Under the pieces are notes generated by a model that had not been told where the DNA came from, did not search any database, and saw only the letters and a list, made by a program, of their open reading frames with translations. 64,000 bases of DNA from a virus, in the IMG/VR virus record IMGVR_UViG_3300017978_000368, positions 704-64,703 of that record. The stretch is one strand, 5' to 3'. Made by a program: the position numbers and the translations under genes. Shown here one piece after another: positions 25,192-35,913 of this stretch. Within the stretch, counting starts at the first letter, position 1. Each line of letters opens with the position of its first letter.

Positions 25192-28100
25192 ATGCCCATT
25201 TACAGCGTACAAGGCCCAGATGGGCGTATCTATGATGTGGAGGGGCCAGCCGGAGCTTCCGAAGAGCAGATCATTGCCGCAATCCGGGGGCAGCTTTCGG
25301 CAGCCCCCGCCAAACCTGCTCAAGACACCACCGGACTCAAAGCTGCCGCAGCCGCAGGCTTTGAGCGTCTCAAGGGTGAGACCGCGCTGACCGCAGGCAA
25401 GATCGGCCTGATGGACGAGGCAGCCGCCGAGAAGTACCAGAAAGAGAAAGAAGCCGCCGCGCAGGCCCGCTTCACCCCCACGGAAAAAGGCTGGACCGAG
25501 GACTTCGGTCTGAAGTTCAGGGAGACGCTGGGCGGCTCCCTCCCGTACATGGCCGCGCCCGTTGCCGCTGGTCTTGGCGCTTTGGCAGCTCCCGTGGCTG
25601 CACCTACTGCCGCCGTGCTTGGCGCAGGTTTGGCAGGTTTGACCTCGGCCGGACAGTTCACCGGCTCCAACTTGTCCCGTCAGATGGACACCGGCAAGAC
25701 GCTGGGCGAGACCAGTCTGGGCTCCGCCGTAGGCGCGGCCATCCCCCAAGCAGCGCTTGATACTGCCGCCATGGCCCTGATGCCCGGCGTGGGTAAACTC
25801 TTTGGCTCCGTGGGCTCCAAGCTCACCACCGCGCAGGCCGAGGCCATCGCCAAACAAACGCTGGGCCGCGCCGCTGCCGACTACGCCGCCAAGACCGGTG
25901 TGGCCATGGGCCGTGAAGGCTTGACCGAGACTGCACAACAAGTTCTGGAGCGAGTGCAGGCAGGTCTTGAGATCGCAGACCCCGAAGCCCGCAAGGAGTA
26001 CATCGACAGCTTCATTGGTGGAGCTGTGCTGGCAGGCGTTGGTGCCCCAGTTGGTCGTGCGGTTGAGCGTAGCGCGGCCAAGACCCAAGCAGGCGAAGCA
26101 CAACAAGCCCGCATCCGTGAGCAGCGCATGGCCGACGAAGCCGTGGCCAAAGAAGAAGCCGCTGCCGAAGAGGCCCGCAAGCAGACGCCCGAGTACGCAC
26201 TGCAGGTGGAGCAACAATACCGCGCTGCTGAGGAGCAGAAAGCCGCCCTGAAGGCGCAGATCAAGAAGGGCACCAAAGAGGAGCCACTCAACGAAGCCGA
26301 CAAAGCAGCCAACGCTGACATCAACGCGCAGCTCAAAGAACTGCAGCCCACCGTCAAAGAGCTGGGCCAAGAGTTCAACCGCACAGCCAAGACCCGCGCC
26401 CAAGCGCAGGAGCAAGCACGTCTTGACGCCATGTCGCCCGAGGACTTCATGCTGGAGCAGACCATGCAGGGCGAAGGCATGCAGGCTGCAGATCGAGCCA
26501 AACGCAAAAAGGGCGAATTGTTTGAGCGCGAAGTTACGCCTCCCGCTCCTGTTGACACGTCTGTGCAAAATTACGCCACGGGCCAGATCGAAGCAGCGCG
26601 GAACATGGGTGCCATTGGTGTCGACGACTACGTCGGCTTCCTGATGCAAGACCCCACGATGGCTGACCAGATGGTCAAGACGCGCACCAAGATGCCGGAC
26701 CTGACGCGCCAAGAGAACGAGACCGTGTTGAGCGCACTGAAACTGCAGCTCAAGGCGCAGGAAAAAGCCGCCGTAACCGAGACCAAAAACGAACTGCAAC
26801 AGCGTCAAACCGATTTGCAAGCGCAGACCGTAACGCCCGAAACAGACCCGTTGGCCCAACTGCGGGAGTCTGAAGCCGATGTTGAGAAGGTGCGCACAGA
26901 AGGCGAATCCAACTTCGACTATCTCAACGACATGTTTGGCCAAGCCTTCGAGAATCAGATGCCTGCCATTGCAGCGCCTGAAGGACTGACCCCAACGCCT
27001 GCTGCGCCGACCATCAAGCGCACGGTGGAAAAACTGATTGCCGACCGAGATCAGGCCGAGCAAGAGCGTGTGGCTGCCAACCAAGCCGGTGAGCGTGCTG
27101 CTGCCCGAGCAGCTGCTGAGCGTGCGGAGCAGGCCAAGACTGCGCTGAACCGCATTTCCAAAGAAGTTGGTGACACTGCGCCCTACGCTTCAGCCATCGT
27201 CAACAACCGCAACGCGCAGGAGAAAGCGCTGTTCGATCTGGAAGACGTGTTGGACAAGCTCAAGCGCGGTGTTGTGCTGGGCGGCGAGGCCACAGAAGAA
27301 GCCACGACCACACGCGCAGCGTTGCAAGCGCAGGCCGACGAAGCCAAGAAAGCGTACATCCGCTCTACACTGGCCGAAGCTGCAGCCCACCGCCGGGCAC
27401 AAGGCACGCCCGCCATCACCACCGATGAGGCCGTCAAGGCTGCGTCGGAGATGGACACCGCGCTGGAAGAGCTGATCGTGCGCATGCAGGCTGCTCCCCG
27501 CCGCGAGTCGCTGCAAGAGGTCATCACCAAGCCCGCACAGATGCGCGGCACAGAAGTCGTGTCGTCGGCCGAGACCGAGATGCGCGACACGCGCCCACTG
27601 GAAGAGCGCCGGTTTGGTGCCCCCGCTGAGGCGGTCAAGGTCATCCAAGAACAGCTGGCTGGTATCCGTGACACGCTGAGCAACGCCCGTGGCCAAGCCC
27701 GCAAGGTAGAAGCCGAGCCGCTGACCCGTCAATACGCCGCCACCGAAGCTGCCAAAGTGGCAGAAGCCCGGGGAGAGACCGCCACCACACTGGGCGGTGA
27801 GCTGCGCCGCCGCACGGAGTTTGTCCGCAACAAGATGGCCAAGATGGGCGGCATGCGCCCAGCCGCCCGCGATGTGTTGAACGCAGCCGCTGATGTCATG
27901 GACTCGGGCACACCTACACGCGAGTTGCTCGACACTGTTGAGCCGCTGGTCGACGCCATTGTGGCCAAGCGCGAGATCAAGCAAGTCGACATCCGGGCAG
28001 TCAAAGACGCCCTGACCGCAATCAGCAAGCAAGCCCGTGAAGGCGAGCGTGTCGGCCGTGTCGAAGGACAAGGCGAGTTGTTTACCGAGCGTCAGGACCG

Positions 28101-31100
28101 CGCCCGTGAAGACGAGACGCTGGGCGTCATTCGTCAGAGCTTTGCCAACCTGATGAAGTCGCCCCCTGTGTTGAAGGGGCGTGCGGCTATCGAGCAAGTC
28201 AAGAAGGCGCTGGCTGACGCCAAAGCACAGGCCGAAGCTGCTGAAAAAGCAAAAGGCGAAAAGCAAGTGCGCCGTTTGGCCGAGCTGGAGGACGCTGTAA
28301 CCGAACAGCGCCAAGACCTGCAGAACGCCATCACCAACGCCATGAACGCCGAGCGCGGTGCGCTGGCGGCAGCGGCCAAGCTGCAAGACGCGCCTGTGGT
28401 TGCCGCACAGAAAGCGCTGGACTCCGCCAAGAAAGACCTCGACGCGCTTCAGGCCCGCATTGACGCGGCCCCCGAGTTTGCTGAGAAGCTGCAGTACGCC
28501 AACGATCTGATTGCCCAGCGCAAAGCGCTCGACAAAGCGCAGGTCGATTTGGACACGGCCATTGCCCAGAGCCAAGCTACGTATGACGGCGCAGTGCTGG
28601 TTGCTGCTGCCCACCGTGACTCCATGGTGCAGTTTGAACGCAAGGCACTGAACCAGTTGGAGAAGCGCCTCGACAAGCTGCGCGGCTCTGTTGGACCAGA
28701 GGTTGCCAGTACCCAACGCGAAGCTGCTGCGCAACGCGCCCGTGTGGCCAAGGCCGAGAACGACGCACGCTTAGCCAACGAAGCGGCTGACCGCGAGAAG
28801 CGCAAGCTGGAGCAACGTCTGCTGTCTGGCTTCGGCCTCGAAGGCGTCAAGCGCGTGAACGGTGAAGTGGCTGCGATCAAGTCCGACACCGACAAGAAAG
28901 TGGACGCTGAGCGTGCACAAGCTGTGGCCAACCGCAAGCAAGCCGAAGAAGCGCTGGGCCGCAAACAAGACGTGCCGCAAATTGCCCGAGCCACCAGCCC
29001 GGTGACACGTGACATCACCAAGCCCGGTCGTCTGGAAGAGTCGCGCAAGCCCAAGCAAACCAACGTCGCCATCAAAGAAGTCGAGATGCAGGAAGCCAAC
29101 CGCATTTCTGAAGAGGCACGTCTGGCCAACGAGGAAGCCGCACGCATTCGCGGCATGTCCGAAAAAGAGAAAAAGCAGCAGGCAAAAGAAGAGCGCGAGC
29201 TGGCCAAGGAACTGGCCAAGCTGCGCAGCGTGTACCGCGTGTCCGACACCAAGGGCAAAGGCACAACACCCCAGCGTTTGGCAGCCATCATCAAGCGCAT
29301 GACGTCCGACTGGAAGAACGTGCCCACCATTGTGATGGCCGAGACCTTCGACGCGCTGCCCGCTGATCTGCGAGCACAGGCTGAGGCTGACGGCGTGGCG
29401 GACTTTGTGCCCGGCATGTACAACCCCAACGACAACACCGTGTACTTGGTTGCCGAGAACCTGCACAGCGACGAGGACATCTACGCCACTGTGGCGCACG
29501 AGATTGCTGGCCACTACGGTCTGCGCTCGATGCTGGGTGCCGACTACACCAAGACCATGGACGACATCTACAACGGCAACGCGGACGTGAAAGCGAAAGC
29601 CGACGCCAAGATGGAGCGCATCCCGTCTTTGTCACAGCAGACAGCCACCGAAGAAGTGCTGGCCGACATGGCCGAGAACGCTCCGGCCGAGCCCAAAGGT
29701 GCCCTGCGCCAACTGTACGACCGGATCAAGCGCTGGTTCCGCGAGACCTTGCGTTTCGACAAGATGACCGACAAGGCTGTGAAACAGATTGTGGAGAACG
29801 CCCGCAAGTACGTGATTGAGGGCACAGGCGGCAAAGGTGGGCAAGCTCCGCAGACCACCGCGCTGTACCGCGCCAAGACACCCAAGTACTCGACCGACGC
29901 ACTGGCCGCCGCAGGCAACACGGCAGGCAAAGTGATTGCAGGCCAGCGCAGCTTCACGGAAAACATCAAGGAAGAAGGTCTGGGCATGGGTCTGGCCACG
30001 CGCTTGGTTGACCGCTTCGCGCCTCTGGAGAAAGTGTCCAAGATGATGGACTCGCTCAAGGGCACGCAGATGATGTACTACGCCCGCATGTTCGACCAGA
30101 AGATGCACTTCTTGTCACAGGCTGTCAGCAACGGCGCGATCGGTCTGGAGAAGAAGACCCGCGCAGACGGCAAGAGCGAGTGGGTTGTTGAGAGCAAAGA
30201 AGGTGCGAGCATCAAGGGCGTCGTGGACATGCTCAAGGACGCCAAGAGCATCGTGGGTAGCGTCGACGGCGTCAGCCAGCTGTTCTCCCTGTACACGGTA
30301 GCCAAGCGTGCTGAGCGCGTGGGCCTGAACAAGCTGAACTTCGGCAACGCTGTGAACGAGTCTGAGCTCAAGAGCGCCATGAAGGCCATCAACGACACGC
30401 CCGGCTTGGCCAAAATCTTCGAAGACGCCCGTCAGGAATACAACGCGTTCAACAAGGGCATGGTTCAGTTTGCCGTCGACACGGGCGCTTTGTCCAAAGA
30501 CGTTGCAGCCAAGATGCTCAAGAGCGACGACTACGTGCCTTTCTACCGTGAGCGCAATGGCGGCGTCGAGATGGTGCTCGGCAACGAGACCATCGCCAAG
30601 ATCGGCAACCTGAAGAACCAGCCGTACCTGAAAGAACTGGTGGGCGGCGAAGACCGCATCATCGACTTCATGACCAGCTCCGTGCAGAACGCCAACATGC
30701 TGACTGACATGGCGCTGCGCAACTTGTCCACCAAGAGCGCGGCCTTCGAGCTGCGCGACATCGGCATGGCCAAAATTGGCAAGGGCACAGCGTCCGGCAC
30801 CGACGTGGTCAACTTCAAGGACGGCGGCGAGGACTTCCACGCCGTCATCGACACCACCGACGCAGGCTTCCCGGCTGACCTGCTGGTCAAGGGCATGGAG
30901 GGTATCCCGTACCAGACCACATGGCTCACCAAAGGTCTGGGCATCCCGGCCAACATCCTGCGCAAAGCTGTGACGCTGAACCCAGTGTATGCCGCCCGCC
31001 AGTTGTTCCGCGACTCGTTGGCCGCACCACTCTTGTCCGGCGCGAACTTCACACCCATCATGGGGGCGCTCAAAGAGATCAACGGCACAGCCAAGAAGAC

Positions 31101-32424
31101 GTTGGAGCGCCGGGGCATTACCGGTGGCCAAGTGTTCACGGGCACCCAAGACGATATGGCTGACACGCTGCGCCGGTTGACCGCTGGTGAATCCGGCTGG
31201 CTGAAAGGTGTTGCCAAGCTCGAAGCGCTGTCCATGGAGGCCGATGCGCTCACACGCCGCGCCCAGTACAACAGCTACATCCAGCAGGGCTTGTCCGAGA
31301 TGGAGGCCACATACGCTGCGCTGGAGTCCATGAACTTCAGCAAGCGTGGTTCCTCGCCTGCCATGCACTTCTTGTCGACTGTGATCCCGTTCTTCAACGC
31401 GCAGATTCAAGGTCTGAACGTGTTGTACAAAGCGTTCACTGGCGACATGCCGTTCAACGAGAAGCTCAAGGTGCGCGAGAAGCTGCTCCAGCGCGGTGCT
31501 CTGCTTGCTGCGGGCACCATGGTGTACGCCGTGCTGATGCAAGACGATGAGACCTACGAGAACGCCACCCCCGAGCAGAAGTACGGCAACTGGTTCATCC
31601 ACGTGCCCGGCTTCGACGAAGCGGTCAAGCTCCCCATCCCGTTTGAAATCGGCTACATCTTCAAGGCGCTGCCCGAGGCGCTGGTCAACATGATGGCCAA
31701 GGAAGAAGGCGGCGAAGAGGCCATCAAAGCGCTCAAACAGATCGTACTGCAGACCATCCCCGGCGGTTCGTCGTACGGCATTCCGCAGGCCATCAAGCCG
31801 CTGATCGAGGTGGGTCTGGGCAAGTCGTTCTACACAGGCCGCGATCTGGAGTCTGCCTACGAGCAGTCGATGGTGCCCGGCAAGCGTACACGGGAGAACA
31901 CCACGGACTTCGCCCGCACGGTGGGTGACATGTTCAACGTCTCCCCAATCAAGATCGACGCGCTGATCCAAGGCTACACCAGCAGCACCGGTCTGGCTCT
32001 CGTCCAAGCGCTGAGCTTCGCCATCCCCACGCCGCCAAGCCCTGACAAAGCCGCGCTGCGTGCGTCCGAGATGCCGTTGGTGGGTGGCCTGTTCCAGCCC
32101 AAGGATGCCGGTGGCATCATCAACGCTGCATACGAGCGCATGAACGAAGCCAAGCAGGTCAAGACCACGTTCGACGGGTTGATGGAGAAGGGTCGTCCAG
32201 AAGAGGCGCGGGAGTTCTTGCAAGAGAACCTCGACAAGTTTGCCAACTCAGCGCTGGCCACGAACTTCTCGGGCACCATGCAGAAGCTGTCACAAGCCGA
32301 GCGTGCGATCCGTGCCTCGAATCTGTCGCCCGATCAGAAGCGTGCGCAGCTCGACCAGCTCAAGCAGACGAAGATCAAGATTGCCGAGGCTGTACGGGCG
32401 GCCGGTAGAACCACACCCCAATGA
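25192..32424 (+). CDS. Giant (2410 aa) polyvalent internal virion protein with metallopeptidase and LPD38-like domains
   Basis: HEIAGH at about 29497-29514 in GMYNP...TVYLV context; C-terminal PFFNAQIQG...KLPIPFEIGYIFK typical of LPD38. Confidence 0.8.
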   Translation: MPIYSVQGPDGRIYDVEGPAGASEEQIIAAIRGQLSAAPAKPAQDTTGLKAAAAAGFERLKGETALTAGKIGLMDEAAAEKYQKEKEAAAQARFTPTEKGWTEDFGLKFRETLGGSLPYMAAPVAAGLGALAAPVAAPTAAVLGAGLAGLTSAGQFTGSNLSRQMDTGKTLGETSLGSAVGAAIPQAALDTAAMALMPGVGKLFGSVGSKLTTAQAEAIAKQTLGRAAADYAAKTGVAMGREGLTETAQQVLERVQAGLEIADPEARKEYIDSFIGGAVLAGVGAPVGRAVERSAAKTQAGEAQQARIREQRMADEAVAKEEAAAEEARKQTPEYALQVEQQYRAAEEQKAALKAQIKKGTKEEPLNEADKAANADINAQLKELQPTVKELGQEFNRTAKTRAQAQEQARLDAMSPEDFMLEQTMQGEGMQAADRAKRKKGELFEREVTPPAPVDTSVQNYATGQIEAARNMGAIGVDDYVGFLMQDPTMADQMVKTRTKMPDLTRQENETVLSALKLQLKAQEKAAVTETKNELQQRQTDLQAQTVTPETDPLAQLRESEADVEKVRTEGESNFDYLNDMFGQAFENQMPAIAAPEGLTPTPAAPTIKRTVEKLIADRDQAEQERVAANQAGERAAARAAAERAEQAKTALNRISKEVGDTAPYASAIVNNRNAQEKALFDLEDVLDKLKRGVVLGGEATEEATTTRAALQAQADEAKKAYIRSTLAEAAAHRRAQGTPAITTDEAVKAASEMDTALEELIVRMQAAPRRESLQEVITKPAQMRGTEVVSSAETEMRDTRPLEERRFGAPAEAVKVIQEQLAGIRDTLSNARGQARKVEAEPLTRQYAATEAAKVAEARGETATTLGGELRRRTEFVRNKMAKMGGMRPAARDVLNAAADVMDSGTPTRELLDTVEPLVDAIVAKREIKQVDIRAVKDALTAISKQAREGERVGRVEGQGELFTERQDRAREDETLGVIRQSFANLMKSPPVLKGRAAIEQVKKALADAKAQAEAAEKAKGEKQVRRLAELEDAVTEQRQDLQNAITNAMNAERGALAAAAKLQDAPVVAAQKALDSAKKDLDALQARIDAAPEFAEKLQYANDLIAQRKALDKAQVDLDTAIAQSQATYDGAVLVAAAHRDSMVQFERKALNQLEKRLDKLRGSVGPEVASTQREAAAQRARVAKAENDARLANEAADREKRKLEQRLLSGFGLEGVKRVNGEVAAIKSDTDKKVDAERAQAVANRKQAEEALGRKQDVPQIARATSPVTRDITKPGRLEESRKPKQTNVAIKEVEMQEANRISEEARLANEEAARIRGMSEKEKKQQAKEERELAKELAKLRSVYRVSDTKGKGTTPQRLAAIIKRMTSDWKNVPTIVMAETFDALPADLRAQAEADGVADFVPGMYNPNDNTVYLVAENLHSDEDIYATVAHEIAGHYGLRSMLGADYTKTMDDIYNGNADVKAKADAKMERIPSLSQQTATEEVLADMAENAPAEPKGALRQLYDRIKRWFRETLRFDKMTDKAVKQIVENARKYVIEGTGGKGGQAPQTTALYRAKTPKYSTDALAAAGNTAGKVIAGQRSFTENIKEEGLGMGLATRLVDRFAPLEKVSKMMDSLKGTQMMYYARMFDQKMHFLSQAVSNGAIGLEKKTRADGKSEWVVESKEGASIKGVVDMLKDAKSIVGSVDGVSQLFSLYTVAKRAERVGLNKLNFGNAVNESELKSAMKAINDTPGLAKIFEDARQEYNAFNKGMVQFAVDTGALSKDVAAKMLKSDDYVPFYRERNGGVEMVLGNETIAKIGNLKNQPYLKELVGGEDRIIDFMTSSVQNANMLTDMALRNLSTKSAAFELRDIGMAKIGKGTASGTDVVNFKDGGEDFHAVIDTTDAGFPADLLVKGMEGIPYQTTWLTKGLGIPANILRKAVTLNPVYAARQLFRDSLAAPLLSGANFTPIMGALKEINGTAKKTLERRGITGGQVFTGTQDDMADTLRRLTAGESGWLKGVAKLEALSMEADALTRRAQYNSYIQQGLSEMEATYAALESMNFSKRGSSPAMHFLSTVIPFFNAQIQGLNVLYKAFTGDMPFNEKLKVREKLLQRGALLAAGTMVYAVLMQDDETYENATPEQKYGNWFIHVPGFDEAVKLPIPFEIGYIFKALPEALVNMMAKEEGGEEAIKALKQIVLQTIPGGSSYGIPQAIKPLIEVGLGKSFYTGRDLESAYEQSMVPGKRTRENTTDFARTVGDMFNVSPIKIDALIQGYTSSTGLALVQALSFAIPTPPSPDKAALRASEMPLVGGLFQPKDAGGIINAAYERMNEAKQVKTTFDGLMEKGRPEEAREFLQENLDKFANSALATNFSGTMQKLSQAERAIRASNLSPDQKRAQLDQLKQTKIKIAEAVRAAGRTTPQ

Positions 32425-32575
32425 GGCCATCCTTGATGGCCGGGGTAGCCTTGATACGGAGGCGCTGAGCTACCGCAGCGCGGAGCCCGAGTTCCCGGGC
32501 TTTCTCCGTATCAATGGCTGGGACAAAGAAGCCCTCACCCGGCTTCAGGGCGGACCAAGGGTAGTTCGTTTTCAT
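32375..32575 (-). CDS. Small putative DNA-binding protein
   Basis: YPWSALKPGEGFFVP...GVWFYR; overlaps the primase gene end and the giant gene end. Confidence 0.6.
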   Translation of the reverse strand: MKTNYPWSALKPGEGFFVPAIDTEKARELGLRAAVAQRLRIKATPAIKDGLIGVWFYRPPVQPRQS

Positions 32576-35495
32576 CAATGTCGTCTGCCCTGCGGCTGAT
32601 GTGCATCACGTTCACGCGCATGTTCGGGCCGTTGGTCTTGGACAGCATGTCTTTTTTCGTGTAGCTGACGTGCCAGCCGACCTTGGCTTCGAGCTGCTTC
32701 TTGAAGTCCGCATAGCCGAAGCTCATGGACACGCAATGCTGCTTGAGCAGCTGCTCCTCGATGAAGTACTCGACGAACCCGTTCTGCAGCGTGTTGTGCT
32801 CAATGCGGCCGAGCACCTTGTTGCGCGTGATGGATTTCTCCACCGTGTCGCCAGTGCCCCACGCCGACAAGATGCGCTTGTCGCCGGTCTTCCACAGCAC
32901 CACGAAGCTGCCGTAGTTGTCCCGGGTGTAAGCGTTGAGAACATCCTCCGCCGTGCGCACGCTGCGCCGCAAAACCCCACGAGCATTGTTGACCAAGTCC
33001 TTGAGCGCTCCGAGCACGCCGTTGACAGGCACGTTGATGAGGTTGGCATACTTCGGCCCGGTCAGGATCGCAGCGGCCAGCACCTCGGTGCACCCGGTAT
33101 GCCAGTAACGCTCGTCGTCGCTGAAGCCGAACTCAGCCTTGACGCGCTCGTGCGTACGTTTCCACATCTCAGCGCAGACTTCTTGGTTCTTCACCAGCCA
33201 GCGCACCCATGCCTCGCCAGCCACACCGTAGTTGGTCTTGATGAGCTTGAGCGCAGCGCGTTCCTCGTCTGCCCACTGCAGCGCTTGGTTCGGGGTCCAC
33301 TCCAGCATGCGCAGCAATTCGCCGTTGGAACTGTGCTTGCGTGCTCCTGACATGTAGTCTGTCAGGTGGGTGTTGGAGGTCATGGTGCACGACAGCTTCC
33401 ATGTGCTGTTGTTGACGCGCTCCTTGTTGGAGCCCGACTCCATGCGCTCCTTGCCTTGGCCTTCTGTCAGGTCGAAGATGAAGGTGGGGGCCCACTCCAA
33501 GTCACCGCGCTGCTTGCTTGTGATCTCGTCGATCAGCAGGGGCATGCTGTTGAGCAGGCCAGCGCGTTGTTGCATGGCCACGGGGGATGTACCCTTGCCG
33601 GTACGGTAGTGGATCGGGTGGCCCCAGACGCCAGCCTTGGCGCTCAGCGTGAGTGACTTGCCTGTGCCGGACTCGGTTGAGCCGATGTGCCACACAAAGC
33701 CTTCGTACTCCGAGAACTTCAGCAGTGAGCAGCCGAAGCTGTCCAGACACATCGCCAGCATGGTGTACATCTTGCGCTTGGCCATGAGGTCCCAGAACTG
33801 CCGCCAGTCCTCCAGCGTGCCGTTCTGGCTCGTGTTCTTGTTGATGTTCTCCAGCCCCGGCATGGGGACTGTGATCTCGCGCCCGTCAGGCGTGAACACG
33901 CGGTAGTTGTAAACGAACGAGCCGTCCTTTTGCCAGCCGCACTGCAGCGGAATGTCCACGGCTTTCTTGGCCAGTGACGCTTCCTCCACACAGGCGCGGA
34001 CGTAGTTGAACAGGTTCTCGTCGTTGCCCTTGCCGTAGCTGGCAATGATGTTCTGGCCCGCCAAAAACTTCACAGTCTCGTCCTTGGACACCACGTGCTT
34101 GCTGGGCATTGTCACGTTCTTCGCGCCCATGGGGTGCAGCGCTACAAGGTGCACAACGAAGTCGGTCTCCTGCTTCAGGATGTCAACCACAAACATGTCG
34201 TACGCAAGGACCTGAACGTGCTTGGTGAACTTCTTGCCTTCGCCGTCTTTGTCTTCGCGCTCGCAGTACACGCCGCCATGCGTGCCGTAGCTGAACCCAC
34301 GCGGAGCCTTGGGACGCCTGACCTTCTGGTGCGGGGACTCATCCCCCATGTCGATGTCAGACGCTTCATCGGGCGCATCGAACATCAAGTCAATGTCGTC
34401 CGGCGTGCTGGGCGCTTCGTAGTTCACGTCAACATCTTTCTCAGTGTTGTCCGTCTTGATCTCTCGGCCGAGCGCCAGCGGGTTGGTGATCTTGCCGAAG
34501 TGTGGGCAGCCTTGGCACAGCCCGGGGTTCTCACTGTCCATCTTCACGCAAGCGTACGGGCCTTTGATCTCGGCCAGCTTCTGGCGCATGCGCGTCTCAG
34601 GGTAAGGGTGCAGGTCGCTGAGCCACTTGGACCAGTCTTCGCCGTCATCACACACCTTGGTCCATGAAAGCAACCCACGCCAGATGGGTTCGAGTCCGTC
34701 TTCCTTGGGGTTGGATATGTAGTTGGCAAGCTGTGCACAACCTGTGCCGTTCTCTGTACGAGCGTGGATGTTTTCAAACAGCGTGATGCTGTTTTGCATG
34801 AGCTTGACCTGCGTGGCGTTTGGATCGCGCTTGAGCCGTCGGCCGGGGATTGCTTCAAATTTTGGCGCTTGCATTTCAGGCGCAAGCAAAGAATTGATGA
34901 CAGTTCCTATGGCCTGCAGAGAGAACACATCCCCCGTACCCATCAACTTCACAGGGCGCGGCGTGTCGTACTTCTTCTTGAAGTTGGTCGTGCCCGGTAC
35001 GCGCAGAACACGGGCTGCGTCAGCAGTCACCGTCATGTCGATGCGCATGTCTTCTTGCTTGCACAGACGCTTGAAGTTCTCTGCAACAGGTTTCCAAGAG
35101 GCGATGTCGACCTCTTTATCCAGCGGCCAGTAGCAGTGGATGCCACCGCCCGAACCCACTATCCACGGGGTGCCCAGCGCGGCCAGCCCGGTCTTTTCCA
35201 GAAATGCGTTGAGCGCCAGTGCTGCGGCCTTCTTGGACTCGTAGCCATCCATGTCGATGAACAGGGACTTGACGAACTTGGCGTTGTCAGCAAGGCGTGA
35301 GCCTGACTTCTCGAACGTGGCCAGCGCGAAATACACATCCTTGTCTGCGCCGTGCCACTTATTTATGGCGGGGTCAAGCGCCTCGATGTCTTCTGCATAC
35401 TTGTGCTCCTTTTTTGTTGTGCTCAGTTCTGCCGCGCAATAGTACCCGTGACCCGGGGACGGCAAAACAGCCGCTAAAAACTCCAGCGGTGTCAT
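32535..35495 (-). CDS. Primase-helicase (AEP-type primase + DUF927-like helicase)
   Basis: SLFIDMD, GGGIHCYW, DAARVLRVPGT primase motifs; Cys cluster; Walker A GSTESGTGKS; LIDEIT. Confidence 0.88.
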   Translation of the reverse strand: MTPLEFLAAVLPSPGHGYYCAAELSTTKKEHKYAEDIEALDPAINKWHGADKDVYFALATFEKSGSRLADNAKFVKSLFIDMDGYESKKAAALALNAFLEKTGLAALGTPWIVGSGGGIHCYWPLDKEVDIASWKPVAENFKRLCKQEDMRIDMTVTADAARVLRVPGTTNFKKKYDTPRPVKLMGTGDVFSLQAIGTVINSLLAPEMQAPKFEAIPGRRLKRDPNATQVKLMQNSITLFENIHARTENGTGCAQLANYISNPKEDGLEPIWRGLLSWTKVCDDGEDWSKWLSDLHPYPETRMRQKLAEIKGPYACVKMDSENPGLCQGCPHFGKITNPLALGREIKTDNTEKDVDVNYEAPSTPDDIDLMFDAPDEASDIDMGDESPHQKVRRPKAPRGFSYGTHGGVYCEREDKDGEGKKFTKHVQVLAYDMFVVDILKQETDFVVHLVALHPMGAKNVTMPSKHVVSKDETVKFLAGQNIIASYGKGNDENLFNYVRACVEEASLAKKAVDIPLQCGWQKDGSFVYNYRVFTPDGREITVPMPGLENINKNTSQNGTLEDWRQFWDLMAKRKMYTMLAMCLDSFGCSLLKFSEYEGFVWHIGSTESGTGKSLTLSAKAGVWGHPIHYRTGKGTSPVAMQQRAGLLNSMPLLIDEITSKQRGDLEWAPTFIFDLTEGQGKERMESGSNKERVNNSTWKLSCTMTSNTHLTDYMSGARKHSSNGELLRMLEWTPNQALQWADEERAALKLIKTNYGVAGEAWVRWLVKNQEVCAEMWKRTHERVKAEFGFSDDERYWHTGCTEVLAAAILTGPKYANLINVPVNGVLGALKDLVNNARGVLRRSVRTAEDVLNAYTRDNYGSFVVLWKTGDKRILSAWGTGDTVEKSITRNKVLGRIEHNTLQNGFVEYFIEEQLLKQHCVSMSFGYADFKKQLEAKVGWHVSYTKKDMLSKTNGPNMRVNVMHISRRADDIDENELPLVRPEAG

Positions 35496-35513
35496 AAAAA
35501 TCCTTGGGTTGGG

Positions 35514-35654
35514 TTACTTGCCGTCGTCCAGCAGAGCGGCGAAGCGTGCGATGATTTCCTGAATCCACTCCACTGGGAGCTTGTCATGACCAATGATGTA
35601 CGCGTAGCGCAGCAGCTCGTTGTTGGTCAGGTTCTGTGGTCGAATGCCTTGCAT
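35514..35654 (-). CDS. 46-aa hypothetical protein (not in ORF track)
   Basis: MQGIRPQNLTNNELLRYAY...LLDDGK; GGAG upstream. Confidence 0.55.
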   Translation of the reverse strand: MQGIRPQNLTNNELLRYAYIIGHDKLPVEWIQEIIARFAALLDDGK

Positions 35655-35905
35655 GCTTTACTCCATGCCTCCTCGGCCGTGCCGGAAGACTGCAAAATTT
35701 GAAGAAGAGACGTTACCGTTGGACGGTACGCCACGAAGACCTCACCGCCTGCGAACCAGTTGTAGATCGTCTGACGGGACACCCCGGTCAGCTCAGAAAT
35801 CTTGGTCACAGGAAAGTCGAGGTACACGGCCCAGCGCCCGAGCTGGTTGCCCAGCGTCTTGGGGGCGTCATGCACCGTGTCGATGATCTGTTGGGAATAT
35901 GCCAT
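35627..35905 (-). CDS. HTH transcriptional regulator (Cro/XRE-like)
   Basis: VTKISELTGVSRQTIYNWFAG helix-turn-helix. Confidence 0.8.
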   Translation of the reverse strand: MAYSQQIIDTVHDAPKTLGNQLGRWAVYLDFPVTKISELTGVSRQTIYNWFAGGEVFVAYRPTVTSLLQILQSSGTAEEAWSKACKAFDHRT

Positions 35906-35913
35906 GGTATTGA

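Noticed and set aside
25171-32223. Long minus-strand ORFs (637, 514, 702 aa and others) opposite the giant gene
   Set aside because: Antisense shadows expected from GC3-biased coding; no SD or motifs. The same applies to shadows over the portal, terminase, primase and ejection genes.
25192-32424. Virion RNA polymerase (N4-like) within the giant protein, which would explain hairpin promoters
   Set aside because: No recognisable single-subunit RNAP motifs; the identifiable parts are peptidase and LPD38-like
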